This document shows positions 26,801 to 38,000 of a DNA stretch of 64,000 nt, one piece after another; within the stretch, counting starts at the first letter, position 1, and every line of letters starts with the position of its first letter. The notes beneath the pieces are model-generated. The model was not told where the DNA came from. It did not search any database and saw only the letters and a list, made by a program, of their open reading frames with translations. The stretch is from Gnetum montanum (Eukaryota; Plantae; Gnetophyta): assembly GCA_015680685.1 (NCBI GenBank), contig MNCI01002435.1:212282-276281 (forward strand), in the 5' to 3' direction. The translations under genes were made by a program, and so were the position numbers.

Positions 26801-29039
26801 AAGCTAGAAGTCGCAAATTTTGAACTAGAGGTGGTTAAGACCAACTACCAAGGCCAGAGAGATGTCGCAATAAACTTGGTTCGATGGCTTACAGATTTTC
26901 AGGAGTATAGGGATAAAGTGAGAGCCTACGAGAAGGAATGATGGTTGTTTATGGCGTGGTACATTGATGAGTGGCGAGATACCCCTACACTCAACCATAC
27001 GAATACGAGTGTAGCACGCACGATCTAGTCGAACTCCATAGACTAAATGCCTACATGCCCCATGGAACACTTAGGGTTAATTATTCGTTGTCTTCCCAGA
27101 CTTACTTGTAGTTGTCACGGTGTATGGTTAAGCAAGTCTGAGGTATATGATTTTTATGGTCTTTTATGTTTTATGTCTTCTATACTAACGAGGGAAGGAT
27201 TGAGAAACTAATAGCATCAGCATCCATTCCCACTTACCGTACACACCCTGAACTGATGCAACCATGGTTACCAAATGCTAATCGTTACTAGGATCCCACG
27301 CGTAACGCATGTGCTCGAAGTGGTCGTACTCAGGCACTTAACTAGCCTAAGTACGATGAGCATCCATTCCTTGATTATCTGTACACATCCTTAAATGCTC
27401 ATAATCAAGTTGTACTCATCCTGCGTTACTAAGAGATAAGGATGAGAGAGAATCTAATCACGATGAGCATCCATTCCTTGATTATCCGTACACATCATTA
27501 AATGCTCGTAATCAAGTCATACTCATTCTGTGCTACTACAGGTAATAAATAACATGTAATAAAATCCTATTCCATGCACTGCAAGGTTTATCCACAAAGC
27601 TCATCTTTATTGTCGTACACAACTTGCGTTCAGGTACAATGTTGCTTGAATAAAGATCTGTTCACTTGGGGACTCCTACTGCAGGCACATGGAAAATATT
27701 CTATCTCTAGAGTGATCAATCTACTAGAGTTTCCCTACTTCTAGCCTAGGATGATGAAATAAGGGGAAGTCGCCTCTTATTTATAGATATGACGATGCAC
27801 CACGATATTGTGTACGAGATATCGCGGCCCATGCGATATCACGTCCCATCATACCCCCATGACTAAATGAAAACTCATCCCTAAGTTCATTACAATAATA
27901 TCGGGAAGGTATGGGATTATTAACTCAAATGGATCTAATGGGATGACATGTGAACGAATCATCATTACAAGACACAACAGACTGGTGTTCATAACAACAA
28001 GGGTGAACACCTTATTACATTGACATTAGGCTTCATTTGGCAGCTTGAGAGAAAAGAGAAGAGAGAAGAGAAGAGAAGAAGAGAGAAGAAGTCTTGTTGT
28101 TGCCCATGCCTAGATTGCGCCTTTCGTTGTCCATCCGTAAGCGCATCATCGATCTTGCTCCTTCCATAGCTGCTTCAGCATTGCTCCATTCCAAGTGCTC
28201 CTTCCAGATCCAGTCCGTTATTGCATGATTGCCATCTGCACACACAACACAGTCTTTTATGAGAAAGGGTAAATGAATTTCAATGTGGGTAATACCTTGC
28301 GTCGATGTAAGTCCATTGGCTGGGTTGTGGTATGGCTGATTACGGATCTGGAGATGTAGAAATGATGACTACCGAAGGTGTAGGGGTTAGAAGAAAATTG
28401 AAAAAAGTGGGCCTTGTACCTCCATGACTAATTGCGAACCTCCGGTAGAGAGAGAATGGAGAAAGAATAAGAACAAGAAAGAGGAAGAAAAAGAGACAAC
28501 TAGGACATCAATGAAATAGATGTTAAGATGGAAATGAACAAAATAAAATTAATTACAAAATGTTAAGGGAAAGAATTTAACTGATGCACCAAATAGGAAT
28601 GTTAGTGGGTCCTCCCCAAAGCAGGCTCATGCCCTTAATGCCCTAACAAACCCACATTCAAAGAGTCTATAGGCTCTGGGAATGTCCTTTGGAACAAGAG
28701 TTAAAGTCTTAACCGTAAGAATCTACCAAAAAGAAAGCAATGTATCTACTAAAATATACACTAATGATACAATCGGCAATGAGGTGAATAATGGAGAGAA
28801 GGGTGGAGAGAAGAGGATGGAATGGAATCCCAAGAACAAGGTGGTGTACAGCCCCTTGTGTGTTTCATGATTAATGTGACTTGACAAATCTCATTCCAAC
28901 TTCAGCCTCAAACCAACCACATCCAGTCACTTCACATCAACACACTTGGCCAAACCATCCACTTGAATAACAAGAATGCATCTCAAAAAGCCACCACCAT
29001 TCTGACGAAACAAAGGAGAGAATGGGAAGCAAGAAGGGC

Positions 29040-30400
29040 CTTAGTTAGAGGGAACACTTTTAGTTCCATAGCCTCATTAGAGATATGAATTTTCCCCTTA
29101 CCCTTGTTATGTGTAGGGCTTGAATTTCTTCACTTTTCCTTACCTTTGTTACTACTTCGTTCATCCTTAGACTCTTCTACAATTTTCAAAACACTTTCAA
29201 GTCTGGAGTCTAAGGAATCCCACAATTGGTCCATCTTGGTTGATACCTCAGTTGTTAATTTTTGGATCGGCAAGGTTTTCTGGTTCACCAACTCTTCGAG
29301 TGGTGACTCATCCTCCTCATCATAGAATTTCACTCCCTTCTTTCAGAGGGAGGGATCGCGGTTGTATTCCTTGGCACTTTCTCTTTTACATAGTTCACCC
29401 TCTTCTTGTGCTACTTGTTCCAACAAGCGATGTACTTCGTGGGCTCTAAGTTGTGATAATCTCCCTTGGGCATAAGTCGCAAGGGTTCTTCTCGTTTCAT
29501 GCCTTAGCCCATCCATGATGTGGCAAAGTTGATCCTGCTGAGCATACCCATGGCCTGGGCAACGATGTAACAATGTGTAGTAGTAGACCATGGCAGCATC
29601 CAAGGGTTCATAAGTACCTTGTTTCCAACCTTGGATCTGCTTACGCAAATTGGACACTCTGGAGTACGTCTCATATTTATTGTTGAAGAATTCTAGCATC
29701 GTACTCCACCTCCTGATGGTTTCTGGTTCTAAGGACCGGTACCAGCTCTCTGCTTCTTTAGTGAGTGTCCTTGGGAACAACTTAAGTTTTTTCCACTTAT
29801 TTTCTATATTCTACAAGGCACAGGCATCGTGGAATGCCTATAAATGATGCTGCAGATTAGCATTGTATCCCCCTTCAAAACGTGGGATATTGTTCATGTC
29901 TAAATGCTTGATCCGACTATCCTTTTGGTGCCTTGTTGGAATCCTAACAGCCTTTGTTATGTCAAGCATACTTCGGCTTGCGAGTAGGGGCTCATCATGA
30001 TCATCTCTTTTATGATGCCTGTGATGTCTTCGTTGTTCCCTACTTTCCCTACGTCCTTGCCCTTGTCCTCTCTCTCGACTTTCCCGTTGAGGTCTCTTGT
30101 CTTTCTTACCCCTATCCTCACCGTTATGTTCGTGGTGACTACACCTAGATGTGGAAGGAGAGGGTGAGTGGTGAGATGAAGAAGAAGAGAAAGGAGAACC
30201 ATCACCATGATGATGTTCCTTGCCTTCTCTTTGGCTGCTTTGGCCCCGATCATTATGACGATTTAAGTGCTCATCCTTAGCATGAGTTGTTGTTCCTTCC
30301 ATGAACAACTGACGTTCACGGGGATCAGAACTAATGTTATGTATCGTTGAGTGTAGGTTCTGATACCTTACCTTCTCATCGTCGTGAGGAGGGGGAACAT
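29040..30400 (-). pseudogene. gag of element E (a few stops and frameshifts)
   Basis: ORFs 29838-30308, 29343-29780 and 29130-29333. FPRTLTKEAESWYRSL..W..M...F...Y and YTLLHRCPGHG are retrotransposon gag (capsid-like) motifs. Confidence 0.85.
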
Positions 30401-30973
30401 CATTTACTAAAAAACTCGTTATAAGGGGTTCCTAGTCTCCTATTTCGCTAAGGACGTACAGGACCTTGCCCTTCAATAGTGTATGTTGGCTCTCCTGCCT
30501 TAAGTCCCTGAAACATTGTGCGTTTGTGGGATGATAATCCCTCATATCAAAGTCTTTAGCAATGTATTCAACAAATAATTCTGTCATGCTAATCTGTGCC
30601 AAAGCACGGAAGAGCATGTTAGGAACTGATCGATCTGGGGGTAACATGATGTTACCTTGCAGATTTCTCCATCGCAGCTATTCATCTTAATGGAGGATAA
30701 AGGTGAAGTTTGGAATATACTCATCAAGATGAGTATAGACTATCTTGTATTGTTTAGGACTTGGCTGATTTTGATTATGTGTTTTATGTTGTCAATTGTC
30801 TCTAGTATTAGTCCTAGGTGGTGAATTACTTTTGTGAGAAGAAGACATTTTTATTGAGGTACTATTTCACCGTTATATAAATTCTTGTTTAATTAATTAA
30901 CCCAAAGGTTCGTTTAGGCTCCCAACGATGTGAATGATATCCTTTATGTTCTATTCAATGTACAAACACTTAG

Positions 30974-30991
30974 TCCCCGGCAACAGCGCCA
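30974..30991 (-). promoter_or_regulatory. Primer binding site, tRNA-Asp type
   Basis: Minus strand TGGCGCTGTTGCCGGGGA, 1 nt from the LTR end. One mismatch to the canonical Athila PBS TGGCGCCGTTGCCGGGGA. Confidence 0.92.
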
Positions 30992-33421
30992 ATGATGAGT
31001 GACGAGATACCCCTACACTCAACCATACGAATACGAGCGTAGCACGCATGATCTGGTCGAACTCCATAGACTAAATGCCTACACGCCCCATGGAACACTT
31101 AGGTTAATTATTCATTGTCTTCCCAGACTTACTTGTAGTTGTCATGGTGTATGGTTAAGCAAGTCTGAGGTATATGATTTTTATGGTCTTTTATGTTTTA
31201 TGTCTTCTATACTAACGAGGAAAGGGTTGAGAAACTAAGTACTAATTCTAACTAATGAACTAATTCTAACTTGCCTAGCATCAGCATCCGTTCCCACTTA
31301 CCGTACACACCTTGAACTAATGCAACCGTGGTTACCAAACGCTGATCATTACTAGGATCCCACGCGTAATGCATGTGCTCGAAGTGGTCGTACTGAGGCA
31401 CTTAACTAGCCTAAGTGTGATGAGCATCCATTCCTTGATTATCCACACACACCCTTAAATGCTCGTAATCAAGTCGTACTCATCCCATGTTACTAGGAGA
31501 TAACGGTGAGAGAGAATCTAATCGCGATGAGCATCCATTCCTTGATTATCCGTACACATCATTAAATACTCGCAATCAAGTCGTACTCATTCCACACTAA
31601 TGCAGGTAATAAATAACATGTAATAAAATCCTATTCCATGCACTGCAAGGTTTATCCACAAAGCTCGTCTTTATTGTCGTACACAACTTGCGTTCAAGTA
31701 CAATGTTGCTCGAATAAAGATCCGTTCACTTGGAGACTCCTACTGTGGGCACATGTAAAATATTCTATCTCTAGAGTGATCAATCTGCTAGAGTTTCCCT
31801 ACTTCTAGCCTAGGAAGATGAAATAAGGAGAAGCTGCCTCTTATTTATAGATATGATGGCGCACCACGATATCGCGTACGCGATATCGCAGGGGAAGACG
31901 CAATATCACGTACGCAATATCGTGAGGGATGCGATATCGCAGCCCATGTGATATCGCGGCCCATCATACATCAAAGAAAATAAGATGTTCCTGTAACTAT
32001 CATGCCCATGGGAGGTGTCGGCTCCATCAAACATTGGAGCATCAGCATGGATGGCACAGGATCCCCGAACAGAAGAGGAAAAGCTCTAGGCACTACTTCA
32101 GGGTTATTAAATTCTAAAACTTGAAGCATGGGACAAGGGGAAGCAACCCATGGAGGAGCCATCACCACCTGGAACCACATGAGCCCAATAAAGTTTACAA
32201 TTTTGCAATTTTGTAAGTTTGTGTTGTGTCCTAATTTTGTTCTATTGAGTTCTCCATTGTGGCATGAATAAAATCCCTAGTCAGTCAATAATCCCATACC
32301 TATCCAGTATGTAATCAATGGGGCTTGTTCTCATTTTGTTTAACTTGAGGACGAGTTTTCATTTAGTCGTGGGGGTATGATGAATCGTGATTCATTAGGT
32401 CGTGATATGGCTTCCGCGATATCGCATACATGATATCGCGTACACGATATTGTGGCCTAGCTCGCAATATTGTGGCTCCTGTGCAAGCCTATAAATACAC
32501 CTTAGACACATGGTGAAAAGGGAAGAATTTTTTAGGTAGAAATTAGTTCTCATTGTTAGTTTTTTCTCAACCCTTTCTCTGAGTGCATGCTCGCAATGTG
32601 ATGATTGTAATTATACAACACCTTTATTCGAGTGTGATGTACTTGGACACGCACATGACCAGAAATAAAGATCAAGATTACTTCATCATTGTATCATTCA
32701 CTTAGTTTAATTATTTAATTGTTATTGTTATTTATTGCTTTCATAGTTAATATCTCTTCACCCTAAACTCCTTAAACTCAAAATGAGCACGACTTGATCA
32801 CGAGCATTCAAGTGTGACTACTTGGTATCCCAGTAGCGTGCCTAGGCCATGCATTTGGTAACCCTAGTGGTAGTTGTGCATGAGGTCCAAGATGTGTACG
32901 GATGATTAAGAAAAGGATGCTCATCGCACTTAGGCTAGCTTAGATTCTCTCTCCCTTCTCCTCCTAGCTTAATTAAAGTTATTTTCCATTGCCTCCAGGA
33001 GTGCCTCCAGGAGTAGCATAGTGATAGGAAGCACATCATACACCTCACTCTGAACTAAACCATACATGACAAAGCAAATACTAGTCCAGTTGGGAAGATA
33101 GCGAACTGCGATCAACGAGTAACTATCTAAATACCACAACTAGCCCATCTACAGGAGTTCAACTGGATCATGCGTGAAATGCTCATATTCATATGGTTGA
33201 GTGTAGGGGTACCTTGCCACTCATCAGTGTTCAATTTTGTTATCATGAACACTAATTTTTGTAAAAATTGTAAATCCATACTCTTGGGCACTTAGCGTTA
33301 GTTTGAGTTAGGGTGTGTGTCAATTAGTTAGTCAATAATCCCATATCTTCCCAAAATTTTGTAAAAAGCTTGTTCCTTCTTTTGTTCACTCGAGGACAAA
33401 TTTTCATTCAGTCGTGAGGGT

Positions 33422-34200
33422 ATGATGAGTTGTTGTAGGTTTGATTACGTCAATGCATGATTTCTTACCTATATAAATGCGCACACCCATTACATTTATG
33501 GCATTCATTGATTGATAGCTTAGTCGAATTCCTGCATTTTGTTTCTTCTAGAGTTGGAATATTTTCTAAGTGCCCATAGTAGGAGTGAGAAATGTATAGA
33601 TCTTTATTCGAGCATCAATGTATTGGACACCTTGATGTGCACAACAATAAAGATGAGCTTTTTTCATAAACCTTGGAGCACTTGGACTTAGTGCAATATT
33701 TACTTTAATGCATTTATTCTTCATGTAATTTATGTTCAAGCATTTAAGTAATTAATTGAATTTGGATAATTAATGCACATAAATACAACCACCTCGAACA
33801 TATGTTAATGCTTGGTAATCCCAGTAGCACTTATGTTTGGTAACCCAGTAACGTTGCAACATGTTCAAGATGTGTACGAAAGGTGGAAATGGATGCTTGT
33901 GTTAGGATTAGTTAAGACATTAATTAGTTATTAGCTTAATTAAACATTTAATTACTTTATTTTCCATTTAGGCAAATTAAATGAAAAACATAACAATGAT
34001 AAAAATCATATACCTCAGTTACACTTAACCATACCATTGTACCTCACAAGTGAAATTCGGAAGACAACGATCACGTCTTTGAGATTCATTGTTTAGGCAA
34101 GGTGTACTTAAAAAGTTAAAGTCTACGGAATTCAACCAGATCACTTAATGAATGTTGATGATTCATATGGTTGGGCATAGGGACTACTTGTTGCTCATCA
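33422..34200 (+). mobile_element. 3' LTR of element C
   Basis: TGATGAG...CTCATCA, follows the PPT, and is followed by TSD ATAAA. Confidence 0.92.
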
Positions 34201-35017
34201 ATAAAGATAAATAATCATGGACTAGCATGCACTTTGTAATTCTGCATTACATTATAACTTCAAAGCATTAAAAATAGGACTAAGAGAGAAAGGAAAAGCT
34301 CAATGGTTTTGGGGGTGCCATTATTGGTATTCAAGCTTGCAACCAATCTTGAAACACCTCTCATCTAGGATAGGACAAGGATCAAGCCATGCCCTATGTT
34401 AGAAGTATCCTTTTGGATCAAAGCAAGTCATATGTTTGATTCTAAACAAGTTACAAACATTTTTTTTACTAGTATTTACCCTCAAAACATATTGTCAAAC
34501 TGGAATTTTATAACTTAGCATTACTCACCAAACTTGAACCCAAGTGAACTTTATAACTTAGTCTTACCACTAAGCTAATAACAACAACATCATTACCATA
34601 ATCATAGCCTTGTAACAATGAGGTGTTACCCTAGTGACATGGGTTTTGGCCTAGAAACCTCAAGGTCATAGGTTTGATTCTACTAATTGAATCAAATTAA
34701 CAAACTTAGAGTGTATCTATCTTTTAATTATTTCGGTTCCAACACCCCATAATCATAACGTTATCCCAGCCAAATAAATATTAATTAAGCTAACCAGCAC
34801 CATTTTGGTGGGTAAGGCTATGAAGATGATGACGCAGCAAATATTTTGTTTTTTTTTTTTGTTTTCCCTGAAAATTTTCTTTCAAACGAGTTTCAAAACT
34901 TCACACTAATTTTGCTGCTTGGCTACCGTAGTAGTCCACGACCAATCTTAAACCCTGCATAAAACACGTATTGTGAAGATCAGAGCTGGGATAATCGCGG
35001 AGAATCGTAACTCAGCA

Positions 35018-38000
35018 ATGTTGAAACTCTTCAAAAACACCGTAGCAGCGGCTGCTCGAACGCAACAGTCATGGCGGCATATAAATCAGTTATCGCATTC
35101 AGATCGTTTCCTGTATTTGCCAATCAAGAGGCCAAACGCTTGGCAATCCAATTTATACAGAGCATTTTCAAATTTCGCCGAATCAAATGCATCCAGTGAA
35201 CAAACAGAAATCAAAGATCATGCCGCTGTTAGGGTTTCCGAGGAGGTCGAAAAAGCTGTGTCTGATGTTCAGGCTCAAAGAGCTTTTGGAGCAAGGAAGA
35301 AGCCGTTGTTTACGAGTGTAACATCGTTGTCTCAGCTTACGCAGGAGGATATCAATACTTACGTTAACATCAGGTAACGTACTTATGTTCCTTTTTAATG
35401 TTGGCGTCGTGTACAGTGCACTGTAATTATTATTGTTATTGTTGAAGTTTTCTAGTAAAAACACATTACAATGTTGTGACAGGAGGTTTGTTATAGGATT
35501 CAGCAGTTTTTAGTTTGTGATAAATATGTTAAGAAATTGAAATATCAGGGCGAATGAAAGCCATATGATTATTGGAAAAATTTGCGTACATTTTAAGAGA
35601 GTGATTTGTAAGTCGTTAGCAATTTAGCAGTTTCCATACTGCGCGTTGGAATTGTTTTTAATGGTGAATTGCAGATTTTTACAATTTAAGAGGATACAAA
35701 AGGAAGAGGAATGTAACAGCGTATGATTAGCAAAAGATAATGTTAAAAGATAAATGAAAAGCATTTTATTTTCTTTATATGTTAGTTTTGAAGTATTCTG
35801 GTTTTACCCCAGATTTGTTTGGTTAAAAAAAATTCTTTATAGATGTTTAAAAAACAGACGCTTAAATTATATTTTTAACTGCAAAAACCTGCATTTTTTT
35901 CAATAGCAAGGAGGATTTTGCCAAGACACTTGGTGAATGCCTACCAGCAGGCTTAGCTAAGGAGTACGAGGAAACTAAAGGAACTGGTTTGTTAGTAAGA
36001 CCAAGCTTCCTTGAGATACGCGACTACCTAAAAGCTTACGTTGAGGAGTCAGTGGTTTTGAATTCCCAGTGTTAGTATCTACCATTAATACTTTATCATT
36101 TTATGTGTACGTGTAAATGAAATATATACAATTTTTTCATGGTACATTTTTTAGTTTTTAGCAATCCCAGAATTATAATAAAATGTAATATATATGTTAC
36201 AGCCTAACATTATTTTATTCTGTTTGTCATGGCAGCCATTCGATGATATAATTTTTCTGTGTTATGTTGCTATGTCGTTCTGGTCTTGTCTGACAGCTTC
36301 TTTTATTTTTAGCGATTTTTTTTCCCAAGCATATTCATTCATTTCCCTGACACCATTTTGAAGCAATTTATCAAACTAATGATATTGGCCTACCATGAAA
36401 AATTTCCGGACATACTGTTTAAAATTATAATTAACTATAGAAGTAATGCCATTTCTTTTAAAATTGATTTTCTTTCTTATAATGTGGACTTGCTTGTAAA
36501 CGTCGACGCTTCTCTTTAAGTTGATAAATGGTTACATGGAACACCCATTTCCAGTTCTGAGAGTGGTAGAGCTTAACTGAGAAATATCCCTCATAGCAAT
36601 AGTGAATTGAATTTCCATTACAGGAGTTTCAAACTGGATTGTTTAATGCAGGCAAGCCTAGAAAGCACTTTATCTTGGATGGGCCTGTTAGCAGTGGAAA
36701 GAGTATTACTCTTGCTATGCTTGTTCACTGGGCCAGGTCTGAGGGATGGTTTGTTTTCTATGTTCCTAAGGCATCAACATGGACACGAGGTGGGTTTCAC
36801 TTCAAAAATCCGGTAGCTTCATCTTGGGATACACCTGTCCAGGCAGAAACTATTCTGGGGGTATGCTAGTCTTTAAAATATAAGATCTTTTGATCCTTCC
36901 TAAACATCTTTATAATTGTTGTTGATGTTTATTAGATAATGCTAGACATTTGGAGTTATTTCTTAATACCGTAAGTACATTTAAGCAAGTCGTGTTTTTT
37001 TAAATTTTTTTTTAGACATTGTTAAAGAGTCATGAAAGTCTTCTCCAAACACTTCCCTGCCGTATATTTGAACCAATAGTATTAGGAGAGGCTCCAGGTG
37101 TAGGAATGATGAAGGATGCAGAGGCTGTAGCAATGCCTGAGGGTTGTACATTACTGGACCTGGTACAGACAGGGCTAGCATGTACTCATGCTGCAGTGGG
37201 GGTAGTTGTAAGGCTTCGAGAAGAATTGTCATTAGTGAAGGAGGTTCCGGTTCTTTTTGCTATAGATGAGGTATTGCAGCAATGGTAAATTATGAATCCA
37301 AGTTTTGATTTTTTTCCCAGTTTGGCTTCAAAATTTGATTTGCCATTTTAACCTTAAATTTGTTTTTATTTCAGTACAATAGCTGGTTTACCTTTAGCCA
37401 GTACATAGAGCATAAAACCAAGCTTTCAAAACGTTCCATTCATGCACGAGAGCTTACTATGGTATGATATGCTGTTTATGGATTTGGGTTATTTGGATCA
37501 ATGTCAAATATTGTTAGTGAAGTTTTTTATCTCAATACTGTTATGCGATGAATTTTGTCAAAACATATCTAAGTTTTGTTATTCTATAAGTATAAGTAGG
37601 ATAGCATGTAGTTTGTACTTATTTTCCTCACCCATAGTATTTGGAATGACAACCATTTTAAGGCAAATGATAACAAACAATTTTAAAATATATACTATCA
37701 ATAATATCAAACATTTCTTGTTAAAATACATATATTATCTGTTTTTTATTTTTCAAAGTAAACACAGACTAACATCTAACAAGACTTAATAAAAATTAAA
37801 TGAACCGATTAATAGGAATGCAAACATTATTTGTTCAAAAAAGAAAATGATATTGAGTACAAATGTGCACATATTTGCTTTTACAAAAGCTTTCCTATAT
37901 CCCACTGTACAAGTGGTTTTGGTAACATTATGGTCCATGATATTTGTCAAGTTCATAACACAATAATGTTTTTATTATCTTTAAATGTTAGCCATGTAAA

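Larger units (their letters stand above)
26965..31966 (-). mobile_element. Athila-like gag-only LTR element E (5.0 kb, youngest in the nest)
   Basis: LTRs at 30993-31966 (5') and 26965-27851 (3'). TSD TACAT at 26960-26964 and 31967-31971. PPT at 27852-27870. PBS at 30974-30991. Confidence 0.96.
24284..32190 (+). pseudogene. env-like ORF2 of element D (24284-26964 plus 31972-~32190), interrupted by element E
   Basis: The 293-aa open stretch 24585-25466 contains IVNICGVFVDFSTKAISEVLNLP and LPFPYLIRKL, resembling Athila ORF2 / putative plant transposon protein. A coiled-coil region with stops follows. Confidence 0.75.
19417..33226 (+). mobile_element. Athila-like LTR element D, inserted in C just after ORF2
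   Basis: LTRs at 19417-20223 and 32378-33226 (TGATGA...TCATCA). TSD GTGTT at 19412-19416 and 33227-33231. Degenerate tRNA-Asp PBS TAACGCCATTGTCAAGGA at 20225. PPT TAGTCGTGGGGGTA at 32364-32377. Confidence 0.95.
15261..34200 (+). mobile_element. Athila-like LTR element C (outermost element of the nest)
   Basis: Matching LTRs at 15261-~16041 and 33422-34200. TSD ATAAA at 15256-15260 and 34201-34205. Athila-type CTCGAGGACAA..AGTCGTGAGGGTA precedes the 3' LTR. Confidence 0.93.

Noticed and set aside
26965-26975. TGATGAG at LTR termini resembling the hammerhead core CUGAUGA (retrozyme)
   Set aside because: It is simply the terminal inverted repeat. There is no preceding C and no GAAA/NUH three-way junction.
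34973-35017. Upstream GTG start for DAP3
   Set aside because: The ATG at 35018 gives a plausible transit peptide.
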